Origin: Acidimicrobiales bacterium
GTDB lineage: Bacteria > Actinomycetota > Acidimicrobiia > Acidimicrobiales > CATQHL01
DNA length: 64,000 nucleotides
NCBI GenBank assembly: GCA_963664235.1
Contig: OY760933.1
Location: 1,043,920-1,107,919 of the forward strand
Direction: 5' to 3'
The notes under the pieces are model-generated. The model had not been told where the DNA came from, did not search any database, and worked only from the letters and a program-made list of their open reading frames with translations. Position numbers and translations under genes: made by a program. Shown here one piece after another: positions 1 through 9,630 of the stretch; position 1 is the stretch's first letter; every line of letters begins with the position of its first letter.

Positions 1-2595
1 CTCGTTCACGCCCGGCGGCAGCTCGTGGTCCTCCTCGCGGCGGAAGACCTTGACGTCGATCACCTTGCCGGCGTCGCCGTGGGGGACCTTCAGCGAGGTG
101 TCGCGCACCTCGCGCGCCTTCTCGCCGAAGATGGCGCGCAGCAGGCGCTCCTCGGGGGTCAGTTCGGTCTCGCCCTTCGGCGTGACCTTGCCCACGAGGA
201 TGTCGCCGGGACCCACCTCGGCGCCGACGCGCACCAGACCGTTGTCGTCGAGGTCCACGAGCACCTCGTCGGAGAGGTTGGGAATGTCCCGGGTGATCTC
301 CTCGGCCCCGAGCTTGGTCTCGCGGGCGTCGATCTCGTGCTCGTGGATATGGATGGACGTCAACACGTCGTCGCGCACCAGCCGGTCGCTGACGATGATG
401 GCGTCCTCGAAGTTGTACCCCTCCCAGGACATGTACGCCACCAGGACGTTCTTGCCGAGCGCCAACTCGCCGTGGTCCGAGGAGGGCCCGTCGGCCACGA
501 GAGAACCCTTGGTCACCCGGTCGCCGGCGCGCACCAGGGCGTGCTGGCGGATGCACGTGTCCTGGTTGGAACGCGCGAAGCGTGCCAAGGGGTGCACCAC
601 ATGGCCCAGGGAGTCGTAGTGCATCGTGATGGCCCGGCCGTCGAGGTCGATCACCTCGCCGTCGTCGAGGGCCAGGACCACGTCGGCGGCATCGCGAGCC
701 GCCCGGGCTTCGATGCCCGTGCCGATGTAGGGGGCCTCGGCTCGCTGCAGGGGCACCGCCTGACGCTGCATGTTTGCGCCCATGAGTGCCCGGTTGGCGT
801 CGTCGTGCTCCACGAACGGGATCAACGCGGTCGCCACGGAGACGATCTGCTTGGGCGACACGTCCATCCGCTCGATGTCACTCGGCGGAGCGAAGACGAT
901 CTCGGTCGTGGCACCGAAGAAGTGCTCCTCCTCGAGCTGCAGCTTGAGATCCTCCAGCGAGGCCGCCTGCGGGGAGCGCCTTGCCAGCACGCGCGGGTTG
1001 CGGAAGGTGCCGTCGGGGTTCAGCGGCGCGTTGGCCTGCGCCACCACGTACTCCTCCTCCTCATCGGCGGTGAGGTACTCCACCTCGGTGGTCACCTGGC
1101 TCTCGCGCACGACGCGGTACGGCGTCTCGATAAAGCCGTGTTCGTTGATCCGCCCGTAGGTGGCGAGCGCCCCGATCAGGCCGATGTTGGGTCCTTCCGG
1201 CGTCTCGATGGGGCACATCCGGCCGTAGTGGCTGAAGTGCACGTCCCGCACCTCGAAGCCGGCGCGCTCCCGTGACAGACCGCCGGGACCCAGTGCCGAC
1301 AGCCGGCGCCGGTGCGTCAGCCCCGACAGGGGGTTGACCTGGTCCATGAACTGGCTGAGCTGGCTGGTGCCGAAGAACTCCTTGATGGCGGCCACGACCG
1401 GGCGGATGTTTATGAGCGTCTCGGGGGTGATGGCCTCCATGTCCTGGGTGGTCATGCGCTCCCGCACGACCCGCTCCATGCGCGACAGGCCGATCCGCAC
1501 CTGGTTCTGGATCAACTCGCCCACCGACCGGATCCGGCGGTTGGCGAAGTGGTCCTGGTCGTCCAGCCGGTAGCCCTGCTCGTAGCGCACCAGGTGCAGC
1601 AGGTAGGTGGAGGTGGCCAGCAACTCGGCGACGCTGAGCGTCGGCTGATCGGGCGCCGGGGCCTCGACGTCGATGTCGAAGATCTCCCTGATTCGATCGA
1701 TCTCGCGGCCGAGCTTGCGGTTCAGCTTGTAGCGCCCCACCCGCGAGAGGTCGTAGCGGCGGGGATCGAAGTACGCGCCGGCGAAGTAGGCCCGGGCCGC
1801 CTCGGCGCTCGGCTGGTCACCGGGCCGCACGCGCTTGTAGATCTCAATGAGGGCGTCGTCCCGCGACAACTCGTTGCTCTTCTCGTTCTCCCACTGCGGG
1901 GCAAGGAAGTCGAAGTAGGACACGAAGCGGTCGAAGAACCCGGGATACGCCTCCTCGTCACTGAAGCCCAGCGCCGTCAGGAAAGTGAACAGGCTGAGGC
2001 GACGCTTGCGCGCCACCCGCACGCCGGCGCTGACGTCCCTGCCCGGCCGGTGCTCGACGTCGAACTCGATCCACTCCCCGCGGTAGGGATGGATCGTGCC
2101 GGTCACGAGCTGGTGCTTGGACATGTTCCGCAGCCGGTAGCGCTCGCCGGGCTGGAAGATGACGCCGGGCGACCGCACGAGTTGCGAGACCACCACTCGC
2201 TCGGTGCCGTTGATGATGAAGGTGCCCTTCGGGGTCATCTTGGGGAAGTCCCCCATGAAGACCACCTGCTCCTTGATCTCGCCGGTGTGGCGATTCAGGA
2301 AGCGCGCCCGCACGAAAACGGGTGCGCTGTAGGTCATGTCCTTCTCTTTGCACTCCTCCACGGAGAACTTGGGGTCCATGAGGAGGAAGTCGTCATCGGG
2401 ATCGAATTCGAACTCCAGGAGCAGGTTCTCGGAGTAGTCCTTGATCGGACTTATGTCCGCGAAGACCTCCGCCAGGCCCTTCTTGAGGAACCAGTCGAAG
2501 GAATCACGTTGGATCGCAATCAGGTCGGGAAGTTCGAGAACCTCCTCGAGATTACCGAACGAGTAACGCTGACGAGCGACAGCTGGAGATGGCAC
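1..2595 (-). CDS. rpoB: RNA polymerase beta subunit (5' part; runs off the window start)
   Basis: Minus-strand translation from GTG 2595 (AGGAG RBS): [29 protein letters not shown]..., [53 protein letters not shown]; lies downstream of rplL. Confidence 0.98.
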   Translation of the reverse strand, partial: MPSPAVARQRYSFGNLEEVLELPDLIAIQRDSFDWFLKKGLAEVFADISPIKDYSENLLLEFEFDPDDDFLLMDPKFSVEECKEKDMTYSAPVFVRARFLNRHTGEIKEQVVFMGDFPKMTPKGTFIINGTERVVVSQLVRSPGVIFQPGERYRLRNMSKHQLVTGTIHPYRGEWIEFDVEHRPGRDVSAGVRVARKRRLSLFTFLTALGFSDEEAYPGFFDRFVSYFDFLAPQWENEKSNELSRDDALIEIYKRVRPGDQPSAEAARAYFAGAYFDPRRYDLSRVGRYKLNRKLGREIDRIREIFDIDVEAPAPDQPTLSVAELLATSTYLLHLVRYEQGYRLDDQDHFANRRIRSVGELIQNQVRIGLSRMERVVRERMTTQDMEAITPETLINIRPVVAAIKEFFGTSQLSQFMDQVNPLSGLTHRRRLSALGPGGLSRERAGFEVRDVHFSHYGRMCPIETPEGPNIGLIGALATYGRINEHGFIETPYRVVRESQVTTEVEYLTADEEEEYVVAQANAPLNPDGTFRNPRVLARRSPQAASLEDLKLQLEEEHFFGATTEIVFAPPSDIERMDVSPKQIVSVATALIPFVEHDDANRALMGANMQRQAVPLQRAEAPYIGTGIEARAARDAADVVLALDDGEVIDLDGRAITMHYDSLGHVVHPLARFARSNQDTCIRQHALVRAGDRVTKGSLVADGPSSDHGELALGKNVLVAYMSWEGYNFEDAIIVSDRLVRDDVLTSIHIHEHEIDARETKLGAEEITRDIPNLSDEVLVDLDDNGLVRVGAEVGPGDILVGKVTPKGETELTPEERLLRAIFGEKAREVRDTSLKVPHGDAGKVIDVKVFRREEDHELPPGVNE

Positions 2596-2801
2596 ATCTC
2601 ACTCCTGGGGAAGCACATGAACGACTTGGGGGCGCGCGACGGGGCCACGAGGTTCAGGACCCGAAATCCCGACAGCGGGAACCGGGAATGCCTATGCGGA
2701 GAACGGCGACACGGGAGAACCACCCTACTGTCCGCCGCCCACGGCCGCAACCTCGGAGGCGTTCAAATTGCCGGACCCCGCCGCATCGTCCGGCAGCGGG
2801 G

Positions 2802-3185
2802 TCAGGAGACCTTGATGACGGCGCCGGCGGCCTCGAGGGCTTCCTTGGCTCCGTCGGCCTCCTCGCGCGGCACGCCTTGAAGCACCGGCTGGGGTGCGGT
2901 GTCGACCAACTCCTTGGCCTCCTTCAGCCCCAGGCTGGTGAGCGCGCGCACCTCCTTGATGACCTGGATCTTCTTGTCACCGACCTCGGAGAGGACGACA
3001 TCGAAGGCGGTCTGCTCCTCTTCTTCCTCGGCGGCCTCGGCGGCGGCGGGTGCCGCCATGGGCACGGCCGCCACGGGGGCTGCCGCGGTGACGCCGAAAC
3101 GCTCCTCGAACTCCTTGAGGAGTTCGCTCAGCTCCAGCACCGTCATGGCACTGATGGTGTCGAGAACTTCGTCGACCTTGGACAT
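2802..3185 (-). CDS. rplL: 50S ribosomal protein L7/L12
   Basis: [47 protein letters not shown]. Confidence 0.98.
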   Translation of the reverse strand: MSKVDEVLDTISAMTVLELSELLKEFEERFGVTAAAPVAAVPMAAPAAAEAAEEEEEQTAFDVVLSEVGDKKIQVIKEVRALTSLGLKEAKELVDTAPQPVLQGVPREEADGAKEALEAAGAVIKVS

Positions 3186-3268
3186 GGTGTTTCTCCTTGT
3201 TCTTGTCTCGGTGCGTTTGTCTTGTCCCGCCGGCTGCTCCGGCGGGTGTTACGTGCCGGCGGGCGCTC

Positions 3269-3871
3269 TCAGTTCGCGGAGCGCTCGTCGATCAGGGCCT
3301 GGAGCAGGCCGGCGAAATTGCGGGCCGGCGCGGCCGCCAGACCCGCGAACTCCTGGAGTGGCGCGCCGAGCAGCCGCGCCATCTTCTGCATTGGACTTGC
3401 AAGCGCCCCTGCCAGTTCGGCCTGCAGTTGCTCGGCAGGAGGCAGCTTGGACAGGTGCTCCACCGCCTCGGGTCCGACCGAGTCGGTGCCCAGGAGACCC
3501 CCCTTGACGACCAGACTCTTCTCGGTTCGCTGGAAGTCGAACAGGGCTTTCGCCACTGCCGCGGCGTCGCCGGGGCGCCCGTCCTCGAGGGTCTCCACGA
3601 ACGCCACCGCCGTGGGACCCACCAGCAGGTGGTCGCAGTCGATCCCGAGTTCGCGTGTCGCCAGCCGGATCAGGGTGTTCTTGTACACCTTGTAGCTGCC
3701 ACCGAACGGCGCGAGAGAGTGCCGCAGCGCGGCCATCGCCGCCGTGTCGAGCCCGCGGTACTCGGTCAGCACCGCACCCTGGGCGGCGGCCAGCCGTTCG
3801 CGGATCTCTGCGACGACGGCCACCTTGTCCGGGCGGGGCGGGCGGGAGTGTTCACTCGATGACTCGGACAC
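3269..3871 (-). CDS. rplJ: 50S ribosomal protein L10
   Basis: KVAVVAEI, LTEYRGL, YKVYKNTL, LVGPTAVAF, VKGGLL; GTG 3871 with GGAG RBS preferred over the longer ORF start. Confidence 0.95.
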   Translation of the reverse strand: MSESSSEHSRPPRPDKVAVVAEIRERLAAAQGAVLTEYRGLDTAAMAALRHSLAPFGGSYKVYKNTLIRLATRELGIDCDHLLVGPTAVAFVETLEDGRPGDAAAVAKALFDFQRTEKSLVVKGGLLGTDSVGPEAVEHLSKLPPAEQLQAELAGALASPMQKMARLLGAPLQEFAGLAAAPARNFAGLLQALIDERSAN

Positions 3872-3974
3872 GGTGGTCTCCGGATCGGTTCGGGATGCGG
3901 TGCAGGCCGGCCGGTGCAAGCCCGCCGGAAACGGCAACGGCGCCGCAGAAGATCACGCGGCGCCGGGGGATTGG

Positions 3975-4052
3975 GGCGTCACCTCATCAGGCGGGTGGCA
4001 GCGGGGCGCTGCCGTGCCTTTCAGCTCCTACGAGCACCGGAGATCTTCAGCG
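3975..4052 (-). promoter_or_regulatory. Putative L10 leader (autoregulatory RNA of rplJ-rplL)
   Basis: Position in the rplA-rplJ intergenic region; GAAGA..CCGGTG..TGAA..CCCGCC..GAGG motif layout resembles L10 leaders; boundaries approximate. Confidence 0.4.
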
Positions 4053-4129
4053 AGCATTCGGTTGTCGGGCCTCGCAGGGTAGCGGGCCCTCACACCACCT
4101 CCACTGCACGCCGCAAGGGTCGGGGTGGC

Positions 4130-4816
4130 TCAGATGCTCCCGGGGTCGATCTTGACCGGCGGTCCCATCGTGGAACTGATCGTCACCTTCTGGACGTAGC
4201 GACCCTTGGCGGCCGGGGGCCGCACCCGGTTCAGCTCCTCCATCACCGTGCGCAGGTTGTCCATCAGCGCCTCGGTGCTGAAACTCAACTTCCCGATCGG
4301 GACGTGCACGTTGCCCTGGCGGTCGGTGCGGTAGCCCACGCGCCCGCCTTTGAAGTCGGCGACGGCCTTGGCCACGTCGGCGGTCACGGTGCCGCTCTTC
4401 GGGTTGGGCATCAGCCCGCGGGGCCCGAGCGTGCGCCCCAGCCGGCCGACGAGCGGCATCATGTCCGGCGTGGCGATGGCCACGTCGAAGTCCATCATGC
4501 CCCCACTGATCTCCTGGACGAGGTCGTTGTCGCCCACGTGGTCGGCTCCAGCGTCGCGGGCGGCGATCGCCGCCTCACCGGCGGCGAAGACGGCCACACG
4601 CACCTGCTTGCCGGTGCCCGATGGCAGCGAGACGGTCCCGCGCAGCATCTGCTCGGACCGGCGGGGGTCGACCCCCAGGCCGACGGCCATGTCCACGGTC
4701 TCGTCGAATCCGGCTGACGGCAGCCCCTTCACCACGTCGAGCCCCTCGACGGCATCGTGCACACGCTGCCGGTCGTAGCGGTGGGCGGCATCGCTGTAAC
4801 GCTTTCCCTTGTTCAT
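4130..4816 (-). CDS. rplA: 50S ribosomal protein L1
   Basis: FDETVD, LGVDPR, LGPRGLMPNPKSGTVT, SSTMGP. Confidence 0.98.
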   Translation of the reverse strand: MNKGKRYSDAAHRYDRQRVHDAVEGLDVVKGLPSAGFDETVDMAVGLGVDPRRSEQMLRGTVSLPSGTGKQVRVAVFAAGEAAIAARDAGADHVGDNDLVQEISGGMMDFDVAIATPDMMPLVGRLGRTLGPRGLMPNPKSGTVTADVAKAVADFKGGRVGYRTDRQGNVHVPIGKLSFSTEALMDNLRTVMEELNRVRPPAAKGRYVQKVTISSTMGPPVKIDPGSI

Positions 4817-4927
4817 CCTTCTCCTCCGGCCCTTGGACGTTCAATGGCCTCGACGCCGTTGCGGGCTGTGGTCTTCTGAGGTCTTCCCGGGCGGCGGCCG
4901 ACGCGCCGCGCCCGTGGGGTGGCCGCG

Positions 4928-5353
4928 CTAGCGGACCACCCGCACTCCCATGCTGCGGGCAGTGCCGGCGACCTGGCGCTTGGCCATGTCGATGTCGTCG
5001 GTGTTCAGGTCGGGCAGCTTGATCTCGGCGATGGAGGTCACCTGCTCATCGGTGATCGAGCCGACGAACTCGCGCCCCACCTCGCTGGCCCCTTTCTCCA
5101 GACCTGCCGCCTCGCGGACGAGGAACGACGTCGGCGGGGTCTTGAGGATGAAGCCGAACGACCGGTCTTCGTAGATCGTGATCTCCACGGGAACGATCTG
5201 GCCGGCCTGATCGGCGGTGCGGTCGTTGTACTGCCGGCAGAAGTCCATGATGGCGATGCCGTGGGGACCGAGCGCGGTTCCCACCGGCGGCGCCGGGGAG
5301 GCCTTGCCGGCCTCGATATTGACCTTGACGACTGTTAGGACCTTTTTCGCCAT
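4928..5353 (-). CDS. rplK: 50S ribosomal protein L11
   Basis: [27 protein letters not shown]. Confidence 0.98.
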   Translation of the reverse strand: MAKKVLTVVKVNIEAGKASPAPPVGTALGPHGIAIMDFCRQYNDRTADQAGQIVPVEITIYEDRSFGFILKTPPTSFLVREAAGLEKGASEVGREFVGSITDEQVTSIAEIKLPDLNTDDIDMAKRQVAGTARSMGVRVVR

Positions 5354-5383
5354 GAACGGCTCTCCTGTCAGTGGTTGCGGCGG

Positions 5384-6181
5384 CTAGAGCTTGGCGACCT
5401 GGGAGAATTCCAGCTCGACCGGGGTCTCGCGGCCGAAGATGTTGACCAGCACCTTGACCTTCAACTGCTCGGCGTTGATGTCGATGATCTCGCCCGACAA
5501 CTCCGCGAACGGCCCCTCGCGCACCCGCACCGTCTCTCCGGCCTCGAACTGCAGGCGGGGACGACCGCGCTTGACGGCCTCGTCACCGGTTGTCTTGGAC
5601 TCCAGGAACGTCTCCACGTCGCGCCGGCCCAGCGGGGTGGGCTTCGGCCCGTGCCCCACGAAGCCCGTGATCGACGGGGTCTCCTTGATGACCTGGAAGG
5701 CTTTGTCGGTGAGCCGGCAGCGCACCAGCAGGTAGCCGGGAAAGACTTTCTTCGGGACGACCACCTTCTTCCCGCCCTTGAACTCCACGACGTCCTCTGT
5801 GGGGATCTGGGCCTCGTAGATGAGGTCCTCGGCATCGAGGCTGCGAACCCGCGCCTCGAGATCCTGCTTGGCCTTCTTCTCGTAACCCGACTGGGTGTGC
5901 ACGACGTACCAGCGGCCGGGACGGCGCGATGGGCGGTCCTCGTCGGGGGGCTCGACGATGTCCTCGCCGGCGGTGGCCTCTGCAGCCGCTTCGGCCGTGG
6001 CGTGGAGTTCGTCCTCGCTCAGCACGTCGTAGTACTGCTCCTCGCCGGGCGCATCGGTGACATCCGCGAGGGGACCCGAAGGCAGTACCGCCTCGACGGG
6101 CGGCGCGGTCACCTGCTCTGGTGCGCCACCGGGCAGATCTGTTTCGACTGGGGGGGACTGCTCACTCACGGAATCACTCAT
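5384..6181 (-). CDS. nusG: Transcription termination/antitermination factor NusG (acidic N-terminal extension)
   Basis: [32 protein letters not shown] motif, [15 protein letters not shown]; ATG overlaps the secE stop (ATGA). Confidence 0.96.
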   Translation of the reverse strand: MSDSVSEQSPPVETDLPGGAPEQVTAPPVEAVLPSGPLADVTDAPGEEQYYDVLSEDELHATAEAAAEATAGEDIVEPPDEDRPSRRPGRWYVVHTQSGYEKKAKQDLEARVRSLDAEDLIYEAQIPTEDVVEFKGGKKVVVPKKVFPGYLLVRCRLTDKAFQVIKETPSITGFVGHGPKPTPLGRRDVETFLESKTTGDEAVKRGRPRLQFEAGETVRVREGPFAELSGEIIDINAEQLKVKVLVNIFGRETPVELEFSQVAKL

Positions 6182-6471
6182 CGCTCGAAGAGTTTCAGGA
6201 TCGCCTCGCCGAAGCCGTAGTCCAGGGCACCGATCACAGCCGTGAGGATGACCACGACGACAAGGGTGACGATGGAATAGTTGACGACCTCGGAGCGGGT
6301 TGGCCAGGAGACCTTGCGCAACTCGGCGCGAACCTCGCGCATGAACTGCGCCGGCGAGGCCCGCTCGCGGCGCGGCGCGGCCTGCTGGCGCCGCTCGGCT
6401 ACGGGCGCGCCCTCGTCGTCGATGGCCCCCTGCTTGCGGGCCATACGGCGAAACTGTCTGTTCATTTCCAT
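6178..6471 (-). CDS. secE: Preprotein translocase subunit SecE
   Basis: [16 protein letters not shown] followed by one TM helix; start may be 6471 or 6465. Confidence 0.95.
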   Translation of the reverse strand: MEMNRQFRRMARKQGAIDDEGAPVAERRQQAAPRRERASPAQFMREVRAELRKVSWPTRSEVVNYSIVTLVVVVILTAVIGALDYGFGEAILKLFER

Positions 6472-6546
6472 GGCAGGGCAGGAGGGACTCGAACCCCCAA
6501 CCGCCGGTTTTGGAGACCGGTGCTCTCCCAGTTGAGCTACTGCCCT
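6471..6546 (-). tRNA. tRNA-Trp (CCA)
   Basis: Cloverleaf AGGGCAG..., anticodon arm CCGGT-CTCCAAA-ACCGG, GGTTCGAGTCC T-loop, encoded CCA. Confidence 0.97.
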
Positions 6547-6641
6547 CGGATTTAGCCCAAGCGGTGCGGGACAGGTCAGGATACCCAGCCAACCGGGTCA
6601 TCCCCACGGCGGGAACGCACCGGCGGGCCCCAGGCGTGAAG

Positions 6642-6715
6642 TAGCGGCGGCCAGATTCGAACTGGCGACCTCTCGATTATGAGTCGAGCGCTCTTACCAA
6701 CTGAGCTACGCCGCT
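6642..6715 (-). tRNA. tRNA-Met (CAT), probably elongator
   Basis: AGCGGCG/CGCCGCT acceptor stem, CTCGA-CTCATAA-TCGAG anticodon arm, GTTCGAATC; CCA not encoded. Confidence 0.93.
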
Positions 6716-6739
6716 TGGCGATTCGGGACCGTGCCCGCG

Positions 6740-6812
6740 AGCTCCCTGAGAGAATCGAACTCTCGACCTTTTCCTTACCATGGAAACGCTCTGCCGACTG
6801 AGCTAAGGGAGC
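6740..6812 (-). tRNA. tRNA-Thr (GGT)
   Basis: GCTCCCT/AGGGAGC acceptor stem, TTTCC-ATGGTAA-GGAAA anticodon arm, GTTCGATTC. Confidence 0.95.
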
Positions 6813-6926
6813 CGAGCGGTCCACATGCTACACGGCCCGCCTGCGCCCCAACCCCGTGGTCACACGTCGCGCCGGCCCCTCAGGGAGCCCGATCGAGGGT
6901 CCTGTCGGGCGGTAGCGTCTGCGGCG

Positions 6927-7415
6927 ATGGAGATACGTCTGGCGAACCGGGGCGACGCCGAGGCGATCGCGGCCATCTACAACCACGAGGCGACCCGGGA
7001 GCGCACCGTCTTCGACCTGCGCGAGCGTACGGTCCCCGAACAGCAGGATTGGCTGGCGGAGCGCTCGGGGGCGCACTCGGTGATCGTGGCCATCAGCGAC
7101 GGGGATCTCGTGGGATTCGCCTCGCTCTCGCCCTACCGGCCGCGGCCCGCCTACAACACCAGCGTCGAGAGTTCGGTGTTCGTGCGGCGCGACCGGCTGC
7201 GCGAGGGCATCGGCCGGGCGCTGCTGGAGCACCTCGTGGCCCTCGCCGCCGAACACGGATTCCACAGCATGATCGCCCGCATCGCGGGGGAGAACCAGGC
7301 GTCGGTGGACCTGCACGCCGAGTGCGGGTTCGAACTAGTGGGCACCGAGCGCGAGGTGGGTCGGAAATTCGGCCGCTGGCTGGACTGCACCGTCATGCAG
7401 CGCCTCCTGGGGTAG
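6927..7415 (+). CDS. GNAT N-acetyltransferase (Pat/YncA, methionine sulfoximine acetyltransferase-like)
   Basis: IAAIYNH, VGFASLSPYRPRPAY, GIGRALL, NQASVDLH, VGRKFGRWLD. Confidence 0.88.
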   Translation: MEIRLANRGDAEAIAAIYNHEATRERTVFDLRERTVPEQQDWLAERSGAHSVIVAISDGDLVGFASLSPYRPRPAYNTSVESSVFVRRDRLREGIGRALLEHLVALAAEHGFHSMIARIAGENQASVDLHAECGFELVGTEREVGRKFGRWLDCTVMQRLLG

Positions 7416-7428
7416 CGGCCGGCGGCGC

Positions 7429-7456
7429 CTGGATTCCGGCCTTCGCCGGAATGACG
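7429..7456. repeat. REP-like palindrome, copy 1
   Basis: CTGGATTCCGGC-CTTC-GCCGGAATGACG; near-identical copies at 30143 and 33930. Confidence 0.85.
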
Positions 7457-7594
7457 ATGGGTGGGCCGGCGTGACGATGGGTAGGCCGGAATGACGATGG
7501 GTAGGCCGGAATGACGATGGGTAGGCCGGAATGACGATGGGTAGGCCGGAATGACGATCCGCAGGCCCGCGTGACGATCCGTAGGCCGGAATGG
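7445..7594. repeat. Tandem repeat, ~7.5 copies of a 20-bp unit GCCGGAATGACGATGGGTAG
   Basis: Units start at 7445, 7465, 7485, 7505, 7525, 7545, 7565 and 7585 (partial); three perfect copies, flanking copies degenerate. Confidence 0.95.
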
Positions 7595-7608
7595 TTGTGC
7601 GGGGCTCC

Positions 7609-9417
7609 TCAGGCGCCGCTGGTCGCCAGCGGTCCGATGATCTCCATGGTCTCGGTGAGGATGATCCCGCGGTCGGTGAAACCCACATTGGGGATATTGG
7701 GGAGGCAGAGGAAGTTGAGGGCATAGACGGGGCGGTAGCCGATCGAGCACCCCAGCCGGTCGATCAAGACCCGCTCCAGCGCCGCCAACCGCTCCCCGAC
7801 CACCTCCAGGGGATCCGGCGAGAGCAGACCGGCGATCGGCAGCGGCACCACGGCCGCAACCTCGGTGCCCACGGCCACGGCGTAGCCTCCCTGCGCCTCG
7901 ATGACCGCCCCGGCGGCTGCAGCCATCGAGGCGTGCGAGTCGCCCACCACCACCACGTTGTGCGAGTCGTGGTTCACCGTAGAGGCCACCGCGCCGCCGC
8001 GAATGCCGAGGCCCGTGACGAATCCCTTGCCGATGTTCCCGGTGCCGTGGTGCCGCTCGAGCACCGCGATGGCGGCCACGTCAGCGGCATCGTCGGGACC
8101 CACCACGCCATCGCGGGCGCGCAACTGCACCCGGTGCATGGTCTTGGGCGCCCCGAAGGCCACCGCGTTCGCAGTCACCGGCCCGTCGGCAACGTCCAGG
8201 TGCAGGGCCAGATCGTCTGCGCCGGGCACCTCGACGTGCAGGGTGCCGGTGGACCAGGCCGGGTAGTCCGCAGCGGGCGGGGTCTGCACGAGGGCGCCTG
8301 CGGCGGCGACCACCTCACCGCGGTACAGCACCGTCGAGGGCGCGAAGTCCTCCAGGCTCTCCAGGAGCACCAGGTCGGCGAAGCGGCCGGGCGACACGCT
8401 GCCCAGGTGCCGGTCGATGCGCATCAGCTCGGCAGCGTTGAGGGTGGCCATCTGCACGGCGGTCAGCGGATCGAACCCGGCCTCGATGGCGAGACGCACC
8501 CTCTGGTCGAGGTGACCCTCGCTCATGAGGATGTTCGGATGGATGTCGTCGGTGCACAGCACCAGGCGCCGGGTGTCCAGCCCGAGGCGCTCGGTGGCAG
8601 CCACGATCTCGGGCCACTCGGACGCCGGCAGCCGGTCGATGCGCGGCGTCAGCAGGACGCGTGCCCCGCGACGCAGTTGCTCGACAACCTCGGCGGGCGA
8701 TTCCGCCACATGGGTGTCCTCCACGCCCGCCACCAGCGTGGCGTCCAGGACGGCGCCCGTGAATCCGGGCAACTGGCCGCCCACGGTCATGCCGCGCTCG
8801 ATGGTGGCCTCGATCTTCGCCAACTGCGACCGGTCCGCGTCCAGCAGCAGGGCGGGATTGATGTCGCCGCCGATGCACACCGCCTCGGGCCGATCCAGCA
8901 TCGCCAGCGTCTCGGCCAGATCCATGGCGTGGCCTGAGGTCTCCCGGTCGGCCGGCATGGCCGGCACCCGCCCGGGCACCCGCAGGAACAGGTTCAGCGG
9001 TAGGTGGGCGGCTTCGGCGGTGAGCAGGTCGATGCCCGCGATGCCCAGCACGTTGGCAATCTCGTGGGGGTCCTCGCAGACCGAGAGCACCCCACGGGGA
9101 ACGATGGCCCGGGCCAGCTCGCTGACGGTGATATTGGAACTCTCGAGGTGCATGTGCGGGTCGATGAGGCCGGGCGCCACGAACCGGCCGGCGGCATCGA
9201 TGATCTCGGTGTCGGGACCCACGAGCTGCCCGGCGCTGTCGCCGACCGCGGCGATCCGCCCGGCCGCGATCACGACGTCGGCAGGAACGATCTCGCGGGT
9301 GAAGACGTTGACGACCCGAGCGCCGGTCAGCACCACATCGGCCGGTTCGTCTCCCAGTGCCACCCGGATCAGCCGGGTGCGCACGTCGGTCCCCATGTCC
9401 AGTGCTCGTGCGGTCAT
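7609..9417 (-). CDS. ade: Adenine deaminase
   Basis: PGLIDPHMHLESS, DPHEIANVLG, LCTDDIHP, QMATLNAAE, ASTVNHDSHN, LPIAGLLS. Confidence 0.88.
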   Translation of the reverse strand: MTARALDMGTDVRTRLIRVALGDEPADVVLTGARVVNVFTREIVPADVVIAAGRIAAVGDSAGQLVGPDTEIIDAAGRFVAPGLIDPHMHLESSNITVSELARAIVPRGVLSVCEDPHEIANVLGIAGIDLLTAEAAHLPLNLFLRVPGRVPAMPADRETSGHAMDLAETLAMLDRPEAVCIGGDINPALLLDADRSQLAKIEATIERGMTVGGQLPGFTGAVLDATLVAGVEDTHVAESPAEVVEQLRRGARVLLTPRIDRLPASEWPEIVAATERLGLDTRRLVLCTDDIHPNILMSEGHLDQRVRLAIEAGFDPLTAVQMATLNAAELMRIDRHLGSVSPGRFADLVLLESLEDFAPSTVLYRGEVVAAAGALVQTPPAADYPAWSTGTLHVEVPGADDLALHLDVADGPVTANAVAFGAPKTMHRVQLRARDGVVGPDDAADVAAIAVLERHHGTGNIGKGFVTGLGIRGGAVASTVNHDSHNVVVVGDSHASMAAAAGAVIEAQGGYAVAVGTEVAAVVPLPIAGLLSPDPLEVVGERLAALERVLIDRLGCSIGYRPVYALNFLCLPNIPNVGFTDRGIILTETMEIIGPLATSGA

Positions 9418-9499
9418 GCGCCGACAGTACCAATTGGCGCCGGGGTCGCCGCCGTCGAGGCCCTGTTTCCGGCGGCGGGGGCTATCGTGACCGCTTCGA

Positions 9500-9584
9500 G
9501 GGTCGGTGCCCGAGCGGACAAAGGGAGCAGGCTGTAAACCTGCCGGCAGCGCCTTCGGAGGTTCGAATCCTCCCCGGCCCACCA
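9500..9584 (+). tRNA. tRNA-Tyr (GTA)
   Basis: GGGTCGG/CCGGCCC acceptor stem, GCAGG-CTGTAAA-CCTGC anticodon arm, long variable arm, GGTTCGAATCC, CCA. Confidence 0.96.
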
Positions 9585-9630
9585 CCTTTCACCCGTCGGC
9601 GGGGACCCGGCCCGCCGGCGAGCCGGGTCC

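Noticed and set aside
25-3695. Long plus-strand ORFs (25-1275, 1312-2880, 2589-3695) and similar antisense ORFs throughout the window
   Set aside because: Shadow frames of rpoB/rplL/rplJ and other real genes, expected in high-GC DNA; no recognisable motifs
5384-6607. 407-aa extended NusG ORF
   Set aside because: The extension runs through secE and tRNA-Trp; the real start is 6181, and the remaining acidic N-terminus is normal for actinobacterial NusG
7445-7594. Possible CRISPR array
   Set aside because: 20-bp period with no unique spacers and no cas genes; it is a tandem repeat
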